DNA of 64,000 nt from Laetmonice hystrix (GCA_965235115.1 OZ249436.1:52950001-53014000); one strand, 5' to 3'; positions 25,801-38,748 are shown, counted from the first letter of the stretch. Program-made: numbers and translations. The notes: generated by a model not told the origin, from the sequence alone.

Positions 25801-27140
25801 CAAATCTCGTTTATACAGAAATAACCACTTCCTAATATTTCATGCAGGTGGTATTCTATAGACAGCTGGTTATGTTCAATCAAGATAAACTACATGTACT
25901 AGTACAGTAAAATATCTTACAGATAATAAGGTTTACAATAATAGTACCTCGACAACAATATATTATTGATATATTTTCAGAAGAACATGGTTACATAGTT
26001 TAACATACACACCCATGATACACGCACCCCCGCCTACTGTATTCAACCTTCCAGGGCACTTTTTCATTGAATAATCGAAAAATAACGATCGTCTTTTCCC
26101 GATTCATTTTGGTTTTCTGTTATTAGTCACGGGTAAAAATATATTTATACTCAATATAGGCCAAAATACTTTGCAAACAATCGCGTGGTCTTATTGGAAA
26201 CAGACATAGGCCTACATACATCACCACTTTCTGCACTTTACCTTTCCTTTAATAAAAACATGGTTTTAGCATTTAGCAATGGCTTATGATCGCCACTATA
26301 ACGGTGGAATTGATGTGCATGTTTTACTCTGTGTTACCACATTTCTTACTCTTCCAATGTCGTCATGACGTGTACGTTGATTGCCTTCCATACTACCATA
26401 CAACCATGCAACGGAATTATTTGAAAGAAATGGGAAAGTAACACCCACCAGATATTGCGTTTAATACACATTTCAGAAAAAGCAATTTCAAAAGTAAAAT
26501 GGAATTGGACGCTTCCAATGTCTGGGAATCAGTACATAATGCACAAGATGGTAACTAAATAAATTATATTATACCCATGTACTCTACGTGAGTTATAGAC
26601 TATAGGAACATCAGCTCTTCATATCGAGCGTTGCAGTGAATCAATTTGATTTAATGCATTTCTCCCTTTTTGAATAACCCTGCAGACAAAGTAGTCGGAT
26701 TTCCGTTCAACCGAATAACTGATGAGTTGAGTAGGATGATAATAGACGGAAATAAGACAGGGCGATATGATAATGTTTTGTGCTGATGTATTTGTAATAC
26801 AGACTGAAGGGAAAGCAACAGTCAACGAGATGCGTATATTTGGAAAATCTGGTGGGATTCTGTAGACCAACAAAGGAGTTGAGAATTCTGCTTAGAGCTA
26901 CTCATAAATTCCATTACATGTTTGGAAGAGCTTTAGAAGATGTAATGCATTAAATATGAATTGGATTATGTATATCTCGAGCGATCAGACTATGCCCATA
27001 TTAATGTTTGCGAATTACTTGATATCGCTTCGAATTATTGTTATGTATGGCCATGATAAAACTGGTGATCATCGATTCATTCCAGATGAGCAAGCGTGAA
27101 TTTATATTGCTATAAATGGCATATGCAGTGATATAAAATA

Positions 27141-27603
27141 TTATCACAGTTCCAGTAACAATGCCGCTTTCTGATTGGTCCAGGCCCACGCGATATGAAG
27201 CCGTACTCGGTGACATCGCACCAAACGGGTAGGATGGGCCATCCTATAGTAGTAGTCGTCGCGCCATCTGCCGGTCAAACAGGTCATTTTTCTATCCTAC
27301 CGTTTTGGCTGCAGCGCCCTGTGCCTCGTTTTCATGGTGGTTTAGATCTATGCAAACACAGCGCGATGGCAGCGAATGACTGCAAAACTTCCAAAAGTCG
27401 TTTTGCCGAATTCAATGACCACGTCTATAATGTGAGGATTGGAACTGTGATAAAATCGTTGCCCCATGTTTGCTTTTACGAAGTACGGAGTATAACCTAG
27501 CCTTGGTTGGCCATACCACATTCGGGCTTCGCCCTCATGTGGTATGGCCAACCAAGGCTAGGTTATATTCCGTACTACGTAAGCAAACATGGGGTAACTG
27601 TTA
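27141..27603 (+). mobile_element. 463-bp non-autonomous element without TSD (Crypton-like or Helentron-like), with an asymmetric IR and a long 3' hairpin
   Basis: About 99% identical to two inverted copies at 62126-63051; TTATCACAGTTCCA (27141-27154) pairs with 27440-27453; hairpin 27458-27598 has a 31-bp perfect inner stem and a GGGCTTCGCCC apex. Confidence 0.9.
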
Positions 27604-27944
27604 ATACTGATGTATGACAGAATTTCTGGTCTCTTCGTGATCAATAATAAATAATAATACTAGGCGTGATGGCTGTAACGTTCGGTTTTAGTGTCTCAAT
27701 GGGATTGCTTCTCTTTAATTCACCCCAGATTTATAACTGAAAAGCTACATGCATTTTCTCTAGAAAACAGTTCTCCTATTGGACTGAGCAACGTTTAGTT
27801 CCTCCCTTTTCTCTAGCGCTTATTGTGGGCACTGAACAGGAAACAGCTTACTCAGGACATTTCAGCTGGTATAGTGAGTCTGTGAGTGAATTGGGTTCCT
27901 CCCCCCCCCCAGGTCGAGTTCAAAAAGTGACGAGGAGTATAGAC

Positions 27945-28170
27945 GCCCGCCACCGAGAGATAATCGCCTACCCTTTTCGGAATTACGGCAAGGGATCTTT
28001 TATATGGCCAGTTGCATAGATCCGGTTGGGCATACCAAAGCCTTTGGTAGCTCAGTCACGCGAGAGGTCCAGTTGGAGAAAAGGTATTTGTGCCGTGCAG
28101 ATGTTTTTGCAGTGTGATACTCGACCACTTCAACCCACTCCAGCCCTCTTGAGTGCAAGCATATCGAGAG
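27945..28170 (-). mobile_element. SINE remnant (Meta-domain-like core, degenerate tRNA-like head)
   Basis: Minus strand GACTGAGCTACCAAAGGCTTTGGTATG...CATATAAAAGATCCCTTGCCGTAATTCCGAAAAGGGTAGG resembles the recalled metazoan SINE central domain; not database-checked. Confidence 0.55.
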
Positions 28171-28191
28171 GCAGGGTAACGCAGGAAGAGG

Positions 28192-28837
28192 AGAAGAAGA
28201 AGAAGAAGAAGAAGAAGAAGAAGAAGAAGAAGAAGAAGAAGAAGAAGAAGAAGAAGAAGAAGAAGAAGAAGAAGAAGAAGAAGAAGAAGAAGAAGAAGAA
28301 GAAGAAGAAGAAGAAGAAGAAGAAGAAGAAGAAGAAGAAGAAGAAGAAGAAGAAGAAGAAGAAGAAGAAGAAGAAGAAGAAGAAGAAGAAGAAGAAGAAG
28401 AAGAAGAAGAAGAAGAAGAAGAAGAAGAAGAAGAAGAAGAAGAAGAAGAAGAAGAAGAAGAAGAAGAAGAAGAAGAAGAAGAAGAAGAAGAAGAAGAAGA
28501 AGAAGAAGAAGAAGAAGAAGAAGAAGAAGAAGAAGAAGAAGAAGAAGAAGAAGAAGAAGAAGAAGAAGAAGAAGAAGAAGAAGAAGAAGAAGAAGAAGAA
28601 GAAGAAGAAGAAGAAGAAGAAGAAGAAGAAGAAGAAGAAGAAGAAGAAGAAGAAGAAGAAGAAGAAGAAGAAGAAGAAGAAGAAGAAGAAGAAGAAGAAG
28701 AAGAAGAAGAAGAAGAAGAAGAAGAAGAAGAAGAAGAAGAAGAAGAAGAAGAAGAAGAAGAAGAAGAAGAAGAAGAAGAAGAAGAAGAAGAAGAAGAAGA
28801 AGAAGAAGAAGAAGAAGAAGAAGAAGAAGAAGAAGAA
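28192..28837 (+). repeat. Uninterrupted (GAA)n microsatellite, about 215 units
   Basis: 646 bp of pure AGA/GAA; produces the spurious poly-K and poly-F ORFs. Confidence 0.99.
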
Positions 28838-31800
28838 TGTGGAGGAGGACGAGAGTCGGGAGGTCAAAGTAATACCGTTGGAACCTGTATGTGAAAGAGT
28901 ACGAAAGTCAATCCTTGACATTTGGTTGCAGAGGCCTGGGAACTTAAAGGCGATAAATAGAGCAGAATGCCGTGCAATGGGCTTGATAACCAACATTTGA
29001 TGGAAGAACTTTCACTGAAATATAACGATAAACTGACAGTATGTCATGTGATCGTGCGAGCAGTTATACTGGCAGCCCTGAAGACCACTTCATGATAAAG
29101 CAGACATGACGGACACAAAGTAATGGACGCAGCCAAGTGGTCGATGGCTGCCGAGTGCTCATCGCGACCCATTCCACAAGTCGGTGCCCGGCACGACGCC
29201 AAAGTGGTGAGCGAATGGCTTCAATCATGGGGCGAAGGCTGACAAGGTTGTCCGCCTGGCGGCCGTTATTGAATTGGGGCCTGTATGTTGGCTTCCCAGC
29301 GTCGATCGGTCGCATACGTAACTGTGATATAGGGATTTCCGCAGAAATGCATGTATTCAATGTAGATATTGACTGACAGCCCATCCACGATCATCATTCA
29401 ACACTCTGATCTCAGGGCGCGGCTTGGCGCACTAACCAGGTTGGCCATTCTTTGTGTTGGTTTCATTTGCTTTGGTTTCCCACCTCTTGGAAACAAAATC
29501 GATTGACTAAGCATAAATGGCTCTTTATTCTAGGTTCATGTCTCGGCGGTTTGGACAAAGTGCTATCTCGTTGGACTAAGCTCTGTCATTGAAAGTAATA
29601 TCTGCTGACAAATCTATTGCCATGCTATGGGGCTTTCACACCAAAGCCCTGTCACTCATGCGCCCAGACACCTCGTTGGCTGCAGGCCAGAGCAGATGGA
29701 GATAAAGGACCGTTTGGCGACGTAAAAATGCACAAGGGCGTAAGGATAGCTTATCTGACATTCCAAACCAATTTCCATCGTCACCTTCGGAGATCTGCGC
29801 AGAATCTGGGCCGGAGGACGTACAAGGTCTGTGCAATGACAAGGTGCGTACTAGGCTTACCGCCAAGCCGTGTCGGTTCCCGGCGGGCTCCGTCAGTGGG
29901 CCGCCGAGTTGGCGGTGGTGAGAGGCGGTTCATCCGTCCAGTCTCCAGTAACGTGGTGGGTCGCTCCTGACGTAGCATATTGATGACGGCAATGGCTCGT
30001 CAGTCGTGACGATGTGATTATCCCACCAAGGTGTGGCTCGTTTCTACGTCTGCTGAAAGACGGGAACTGCCGTGGCGGGATTGTTTGTATTCCGCCGTCG
30101 CTGGATGGACTGGTCTTGATATACTGGGATAGGTCATCTACATCCCTCTGGAAATATTATCGCTTCTTGCCCTTCCGGCGACTTCCTCTGGTTCAGTAAC
30201 TGGCCCCCGAGTTTGTAGGGGCGTCGGAAGCTTTTCTAAAGTGACCGGGACGTGGTAAAGCTTTGACATTTTAGGAGTTAGCAGTTGACCTTTTGATTAT
30301 TAACTTTATCCCGGAAGATTCGACCCTTTATATTCTTGTAGACAATTTATGCGCGAGACAGGTCCAACCCGTCCCGCACAGTTGCCCGTGAATTTTCATG
30401 AAATTACGAACGCTATAAAGTAAACGACCCTTTTTGAAAGGTACTACATCTAAATTAAAGCATACAACAACGTTTACTCGGAAACCCAGGAGAAACCCAC
30501 TGACCTGCAACGTACTGACTTTCAGACGTTCTCAGAGGAGAAATTATTTTGAAATAAGGTTAAACTCTTACTACACGGAACTGCAACACCAAGGTGGACG
30601 TGCTGTCGTGAACTGATCGATTCCTTTTGACCGTACCCCTCGGGGCCAAGCAGCGCTTGACCAAAATGACGGGACGAGAAACTGTCGACCGAAGCTTTAA
30701 ATTTTCCGTGCAATTAACTTTAATAGCAGGTTACTGGATGTAATGCAACAGGGACGGGGAGAAAGAAAGGATTTGTGAAGTTTAAGAGCAAGTCGTCGGG
30801 TTTAAAGGAGTGTCTGAGGCACCGAAAAACTCCCTACTGAAGTTTGTATTGGTCGTTCTCGCTAACTTTGTAACTCGGTTCGCTAACCGTTGCGACTCGA
30901 GAGACGATCGGTCACATCGACTAATTTCTTCGCCTTCCAGCACCCTGTGCTCTCTCCATGAGAAGGGTATAGACATGTTATTTTATGGCGTATGGAGTAA
31001 CCAAAGTGGGACATTTCCAATAGCAACTTTCAACTTTGGGTATTGCATAGAAGAACGGAAACGGAAGACAGTCGCTGTATACCTGTTTGTATGTCACAAA
31101 GTTATAGGTCATTAACAGTTAGGTAGACATATGGAGTAGACAGTTTAGATCCCTACGAAGTATATTGCTAAATTAAATGGGTTTCCAGCCAGGTTCTCTG
31201 ACTGGCACACGCATTGGAATCGACATGAACCTAAGGGTAATTTGCATCCCAAAGATCACTCGTCTTTTAATATCGACATCCAAGCAGTCGTTGAGGAACT
31301 TCAGACGTTTATTGATTCTGCCGAGTGAGTCTCGTACAAGATGGAAACATTGCTTGTGACAGGACTCATTGATATCAGTCAGTCCATATAAACACACCAA
31401 TGCTCTTTTTTAATATTAAAAAGAACACATTCTACCGTAAGATTCCATGTGTTGCTACAGGATCCGCTTTTGTGCTACCCTTTTCAAGTGTTACAGGGAC
31501 CAACAGAGGGCGCAGAGGGGAAAAACCCGATAATGAGGCGGTGGAGGGGGTGCTACTTCAGTTTTGTCTATTTACGTGTTGTGGGAGGGGGGTTCTTTGT
31601 GGGGATGCCTCACCTGCCCCATTGTCTGGACTCGGTTCCAGAGGCATGTATTTGGTATTAATTCAGTTACCAATAGGGCTGTTCTTGGTGGAGCCGTCTG
31701 TCAGGCCGGAAGGTCCTCATTGTGTACTCCGGAAGTTGTGATTGCCCAAACGAAAACGGTTAAAGCCATTCACGATTATCTCTTAGTTCAATGACTCCAA

Positions 31801-33189
31801 CATGAAGACATGGGCTGTTAGGTTAGCTAAGGCCTGAGACTACATAAATCAATAAATGTATACCCACAGAAATGGAAAAATCTAATGAGATTCAACATTT
31901 CAGTTGCTTGTTTTCGCTATGAAGCGATCGTCTTATGGCTGGTTTAAGAGTTAATAAACAAAGATTTCTAAGATACGAGTGCTCTGAAGCAGCGTTGCTC
32001 GGCGATAATAAAGTATCCCCCAAAAATTTGCAACTGTAGACCTAGTAGAGCCTTGGTCTCTCCTTCTTCAAGAAGGGCATTATAGTATAACGTGCATAAT
32101 GTGAGGCGCTTTGTTATGAGAAGTCCTCCCTCGGGGTTGAGACCAGCGTATGGTACTCCTTGCGCCCTCTCTGCGGGACAGGCACCTAGCTATAGCCCAA
32201 CTGCCATGCTAGCCCAATATGCGCTTCTTCCCTTCAAGAAGAAGAGAACATGTGTATCGGTTTTTTGGTATTTCACCATCAATCACTGTCATTGAATCAC
32301 AGAAACTCTCATGTCAGGGGTTGAATCAGTTTTGTCAGTTACCTACTGCTTATTGCATTGCACAAGAAAAGCTCTATTTAGCCATACGGTTTCAGCCAAT
32401 CAGAAACTGCATTGATAGTGAGCCTTGCCAAGTGTCCCAGATTGCTCGTATTCTGTCTGAGACACGTGGCGATATATGGCCACGGAATGCCCGCTCACTC
32501 CTTGGTGTCGAAACTATAATAAATAAGGACTTGGTTAAAGTGGATTATGTCATGAGCGTTATTTCGAACATTTTCTGCAGATTCCCCAAAATACCTTCAA
32601 ACTGGCAGATGTTATAAAGGGGGAGGTCGAAGAGGCATCAGGCTGAGAAATTTCAGCAGAACAAAACCGTGCCGTTTTGTCAAGGTTACTGGCACGTCTG
32701 TGATAATGCATTGAAGACCTTACGAAAGCACTGACCGCTGTGGGCCAAATAATCGGTGAACAAATGGAACATGCAAGGAGCTTTATTGAAACATGTATGT
32801 ACTTTAAGATATTGTCAAGGGAATAGGCCTCTGGGGGCTGATGTAGGCATTTGAGAACGGAATGAAGAGATCTATATAGCTAAGGCAAACTCAGAGAGCG
32901 CCAAAGGCGGGAGCCGTTCAAGTGTGTGGTGGCAGGGGTGGGCCCCCAAAAAAATTTGGAAGGCAAAAAACGCGGTTTTTCGGCATCTGGCGATTAATCT
33001 TCTGATGGAAATGAAAAGCCTGCTGGGCCACTTTGATAGGTCACATTTTCTGGGGTTGGGTGGGGAGGCAGCTGCCCCCTGACCCCCGCTAGCTACGGCC
33101 CTGTCAGGACACTGATTTGTTACAAGTATTTTAATTTCTTTACTAAAAAATTACATTAAAACTGTTGGCCCGGTTATTGTGATTGGAAT

Positions 33190-33291
33190 CAGGGCGCGGT
33201 TCCTAGAACGTTAAAACAAAAACAAACAAAAAACTGCGGTTCAAGGGGGGTCCACGTGCACCCAGTGCCTCCCCCCTTGAACCCGCGTCTG
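33190..33291. mobile_element. Short degenerate MITE related to the CAGGGGCGGATC-type group
   Basis: CAGGGCGCGGTTC ... GAACCCGCGTCTG; related left ends at 34839 (CAGGCGCGGATCCAAGG) and 42942 (CAGGGACGGATCCAGG). Confidence 0.45.
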
Positions 33292-36200
33292 TTCTGTGTA
33301 CTTTTGCATGGGTCATGATAATTCGTTTAACCCACCTCCGCCAGCTATTGTTATCTAAACAGACAGAACTGCACAGCTGATCACTCGCCGGACTGAAGCC
33401 GTCATGCGGAAAGACATAATTTCATTGTATCAGCTTCCAATCCCATGACTTATCAATTCATTAAATTCATTAATTATTGGAGAAATCAAAGAACTTTGAA
33501 ATCCAGTCGACGCCTGCCAAGATGACTTTTCGACCCCATCTCCATCCTGCATGGAAAATGTTTTTTACCACACCCATAGCCATCAGGCACAAACAAGTCC
33601 GCGACACATTTTTTCTTGGCAGAGTTGCGAACTTCCAGTAAGTCTACCATATACATTTTACGGGGTTCTCAATGTGGACGTACTTACGGTTTTCTACGAC
33701 TCTATACGTCTTTTAAGTAGTTTACCGTTACTTGATTTTTCTTTCACAATTTATAGTTTCGCAGACATATCCGAAGTGGGTAGGCCTAAATATTGCCTGA
33801 CATTTTGCGTCTAGTGATGTTATCAGCCCAAAGGATAGAAGGATCTTATTAAACTAGCCATATTTTGCATTAATTATACTGTCACTGGATAAAAGGCGTC
33901 ATCATCTGGTAATATTACATATGGAAATATCAACACCTTGAATCCTTCCCGCAATAATAGGCTAGAAGATTGTTAGAAATTAATTCTCATATAAATGGCA
34001 CATGCAGATCTTTAGACTTTTTTATATCACTGAGACAGGGCACGCCACATTACCCTCAGTTTTTTACATTTTATCCAAACCTATTTCCTTGGCTGATGTT
34101 TTATGCCCTAATAAACTGGTTCTTCCAGGCATGGACGGCAAAGACAGGCAAAATGGGCAATTTTATTTACTGGTTCCTACTTCAGTGGTTTCCGTGGAGA
34201 GGCGACGTAAGGTCGTGAGGTAATCAAGCCGAGGCTGATATACATATTCTGTTACGGATGCACTCTTTATTATAGACTCGTCCCCGAGGGGCAAACATGA
34301 CAAATATGACTCCCCTGTCGGCAACTTTCGTTGGGACCAGTTGCTTGTGGCTGATGATACGGTTGTAATTGTTATTGGCCTAGCCAGTAACAGCTGCCTG
34401 TAGACGATAAACTTACAACCCGGCGGGCCTCCACGTCCCGCGGGCCCTTTGGCCACCTCTGATATTTGCACTTCTGATTAAATGTCCCGAATCGTGGCTG
34501 TCTGGGCAGACGACATTCAGAATGTGGCTGCGATACGGTCCCGCCAAAATTTGGATGGAGACGGATACGGCTGCCTGTCGGTCTCTACAGCCAATTACGA
34601 CGCCACGCCTGCGTTAGGCCGTTCATGAATAGCAGTGAATGTGGGCTGGTTCTGTTGACTTAAGAGGACGTAATTTACTACAACAGAACCACTGTATAGC
34701 TACGATGTTTCGAGACGGTATGAAATATGCATGGGGCGGAGGTTCCACGGAAGGACCGTGCGCCATCGCCACTTTCGGTTGTTTCCAATCCTTCAACATG
34801 TATAGGTTTAAAGAGATGGTACACATAGATGTTATTCACAGGCGCGGATCCAAGGGCAGCCCCCCCCTTCCTTTCTGAGAAATAATAAATTTTCGCCAGA
34901 ATAAAGATACCATTTTTTTCCGAAATCGAAATCGAGAATATAACACTTATTTTTTACAACATTTTCCTGGGGAGGACCCCGTCACCAACTACTAAGGTGG
35001 GCCTTCGTCGCTTTCTTGGCCCCCCCCCCCCCCCCATGATACAATGCAACGAAAATTGAAGACCGGACAGCACGTTTGGGGAGAAACCTTTTATAGTCAA
35101 ACAACTCCCGCATAGGCATGATAGTGCATGCCCTTTAAATATTTTTAGCAAAAATGGTATTATTTGAAATTCCTAAAAATATAGAAATCTCCTAAATATT
35201 AATGTTCATTGAAATTTTCGAAAACTTAGTGGGCGTCCCCGCGGGGCCAATGACCACCTGCCGGTTCTCCACTATAGAAAGAGTTTTGTATGTCTAGTCT
35301 TTGGGAATACATAAAAGAACTCGTACCAAACTTTTTCAATAGGTTGAGGGGATTGCCTCTCGGGGACGGAGTTCTACATGTGCTCATAGTGATAATCTAC
35401 GGTCGGTTTCTCGAGAGTGCACCTACCTTCGCTCGATTGTCGTCAAAGCTCCAACCACCAAAGACACCTCTTACATGTTGTCAGATGATCTAACTGACTT
35501 TGTGCCTGGCGTTCTGAGTCGGTTAGGGCGTTCAGTTCAGAGGTTGGCAGTGACATCCCCGTCCTCGATGACAAACAGCTTGGTGCCCAGTGTCTGTTTG
35601 GATCCTTACAACTATAAAGACAACAGATCTAGTATATCCTCTGTCCTTATAGTGAAGTTGGTGGAATGCGTAGAAAGTATTAAAAGATACATGTGTGTCT
35701 GTCGATTCTCCCCGAGTCTAGAAATCAACCCGTCAATAGTTGGTTCTGACGGCACTATAGTTTGAAAAGTCTCCGGCCATTAATCTGTGCCCTATATCGT
35801 TGAATAATTGTACATTACATCTATGACACATTTCTTTGGGTGCTGCAACCAGTAGCAGATGAAAATCTCAAATAAGAAATTACACTTATTTTCTTATCGG
35901 AAGATAGGGGCGGGAGGGGGGGGGGGGTTGTGGTTGATTGTAGTTTTTGATATCCTTTTCTTATTCCCTGTTTTCTATCATTCGATTACCAGGTACACCG
36001 ATTGAAACGTATAGACCTTCGCCCATTATACGGCGATTTTGCAATGAGGAGTAGCATTTATATCTAAACTGGTAATTGCTCGGACACTTTTTTTTCTTCG
36101 CAGTTAATAATTATGCAGTTCACATGTAGTGAGCATGATGTATGGACAGCAGAGCCAGTCGTGGTGTATAAATTCCGTCCGTCCTTCGTAAGGATATTCT

Positions 36201-37023
36201 GCACAATGTCATATTTCACATAAACCACTTGGCCTAAGTAGTACGCTGTGGAAAAGACACTGCGTATTTCCCGGGGCGAGAATTAGACACCACTGCAATT
36301 AATTGACTAATTAAGGTGACAGTGAGATTAAACGCTTTTACTTATATCAGCGCCTGTAGTAATAGAGGAGTCGACAGGCAAGAACTACGCTGCACGGGTG
36401 TATTGAAGTATTTCATGATAAAAATTCATACGAGCATCTTGCAACGTCGTAATCCCATCAGTTGTCTCTCCCGTTCTGGATGTTAATATTTCATCATCTC
36501 GATGTAATTAGGTGAAAGGCTACGTTCCTGCTGCTGCGCACCCACTGCAGGCGGTGACTGAAACAAAGAAACTAGTTTTTGTCCAGTCCGATTATCTTCC
36601 TCCTTCACGCCATTTAATTAAGGTGACATTATTGCCATCCAGGGCGAATACCATGAACATGTCCGGCCTCATGTAAAATGTGTTGAATTTTTACGAGGTC
36701 AATACTTCAATAGCGTTCTGTATTTGTATAATAACCGGCTGCCTTAAAACTTAAAATGGAAAGCGGATAAGATTTGTGTAATAACCGGCTGCCTTAAAGC
36801 GGAAAGCTGGAAGGAAACAACAGGATACATTATCTTTAATTAGTTTATCGATTGCATTGAAACATTATTAAACATAACATTCGACACACGGGAGGCCCTG
36901 GCTTAATTTACAACCTTAGACTTTTCTATCAACGGAATAAGTGATCAAAACGTTATATTCTTTTTATCCCGCATTTATAATGGATTATAAGTATGCCGTA
37001 AAAACACATAACGGGGTGAGAGT

Positions 37024-37144
37024 CCTTCACGGCGTGAAAGTATGGAACTCGATATGCCTGACCCATGAATACGGCACAACACCGAAGGTGCAGTGCCGTA
37101 TTCATGCGCCAGGCATGGAGTTCCATACTTTCACGCCGTGAAGG
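37024..37144. repeat. About 120-bp imperfect palindrome with a CACC-GAA-GGTG apex
   Basis: TCCTTCACGGCGTGAAAGTATGGAACTC..ATGCCTG..ATGAATACGGCAC..CACCGAAGGTG..GTGCCGTATTCAT..CAGGCAT.GAGTTCCATACTTTCACGCCGTGAAGGA. Confidence 0.9.
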
Positions 37145-37596
37145 AGCCGAATTCCGTTAAATGTTGTTTTAAAATTTAGTCGATACTTGTGTGAGGAGGC
37201 TTAATTAATATTTATGTAATCCTGAATGTCATAAAAATCAATGCTTATAGTTATAAATAGTATTATTTTTGAGAGGCGACGGCGGGACAACCGTAAATAG
37301 AAGGCTAGATCTAACGCATAGACGCCACTATTTTGCTGTCTTGTTTTCGTCTTTTTGAACGATCCATTAAAATACTACAGAGGCAGACACTACAAAGGTC
37401 AGTGATATTCTCAGAATATTATAGTATTATAATACCTTTGTAAACATCACCGTAGGCCCCTGATCCGACAGAGCTTACATTGGAACCTGGCTATCTGTTG
37501 TGATATTTAACGTCAATATCAAAGTTTTGGGAACTTTCAAATTGCCAAATTTAAATTTAAATTGCCAAACAAAGCTGCTGTATTCATAACCATCAG

Positions 37597-37840
37597 GGCC
37601 TGGTTTACTTTTCTACCCTGAGCAAGGGTGAGTTGAGCTCATACTCACCGTTTTCGTTTTTTTCTCTCTTTTGTCGGTGAGCACTAGCTACGAGCACTCC
37701 TCACGACCCCCCCCCCCCCCCCAAAAAAAAAAAAAAAAAAAAAATCCACGAAAACGGCGAGCATGAGGTCATGCTCGCCCTTGCTCAGCTCAACTTACCC
37801 TTGCTCACGGCGGAACAGTAAACCAAAAAAAAAACGGGCC
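37597..37840. mobile_element. PIF/Harbinger-type MITE with long imperfect TIRs and a 3-bp TSD (CAG)
   Basis: CAG|GGCCTGGTTTAC..TGAGCAAGGGTGAGTTGAGCT..CCGTTTTCG versus CGAAAACGG..AGCTCAACTTACCCTTGCTCA..GTAAACCA..CGGGCC|CAG; GGCC termini with a CWG TSD. Confidence 0.7.
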
Positions 37841-38748
37841 CAGGAGTCTCGCTAAAAGACGCCTTTGGCGACCTTACGACGTGAGGAATAATTCTGGGTA
37901 CTTTTTTCTATAGGTCGTCGCCACAGATTTTACAAAAACTAAGCTTTTAGCCCCCAACTTACGCCGGTTAAGGTACACATCTGTAATTTATAATACACAT
38001 GTTCCTGTGCTTTCATAGGGTCCCATAGTTAACGTCGCGTCACCCTGAAACGTGCACAATCAAATCAGTCCATATATGGACCACGCGTTCCATACGGACC
38101 ACCGTATGGCACCCCCCCCCCCCCCGAATGGCACGGGCAGATAGAATGCGTATAATATAATAAAACCTGAATTGAAGCCCCATCTCTAAGACATTTTTTT
38201 CTACACATATACTTTACCCACAGTCTCAGGAACCCCCCTTTAATTGAAGTCGCAGTGACACTTTCAAATTGTCCTGGTCAAAACCTCCAATTTAAGCTGC
38301 ATACTTTACTTCTCAGTTTAACACTCAAACTGAATCACTGATAGAAGCCGTTCAGTTATAGTAACTCCCAATATGTGAAACAAAAAAAACTCGTTAAAAT
38401 CAGCAGCGCCTAAAACTGATCTGCATGTCGTCACTCCAGCTGCAAACAAAAACAATTAAAGCAGGATAATTAGCAGGTGACATGATTCGTTTTCATGCAT
38501 CGTTCCGCATTCTACAAAAGAGACAACAGACAATCTTCAAGTCCGTAATCCTTCATTGTTGAAAGGCGTCGCCGCCTTTTTCAAAATGACTCGGACAGAA
38601 CAAAGGTCCCATGCTTTCTTTTGTTAAAGCACGAGCAACAAAGGAAATGCTCGGGTGTAGGTTATGTGTAAAGTGAATTGGGAGGGAAGCACGAGATAAA
38701 TATGGCCGCTTCCCCTGAACACGCCAGATGATGAGGGTCATACGGGGG

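Noticed and set aside
27195..27551. 101-aa and 67-84-aa ORFs shared among the three 463-bp copies
   Set aside because: Similarity reflects recent DNA duplication; there are no recombinase, Rep or transposase motifs, and the ORFs overlap the palindrome
28026..29000. 324-aa poly-Lys ORF and the antisense poly-Phe ORF
   Set aside because: Produced by the (GAA)n tract; the flanking translation has no protein-like features
29395..29450. tRNA-like A-box on the minus strand (also at about 5525-5545)
   Set aside because: No cloverleaf can be formed; at most decayed SINE heads, not tRNA genes
31173..31400. ORF with RLKFLNDCLD, reminiscent of a Penelope-like N-terminus
   Set aside because: The match is too short and no RT or GIY-YIG motifs are nearby
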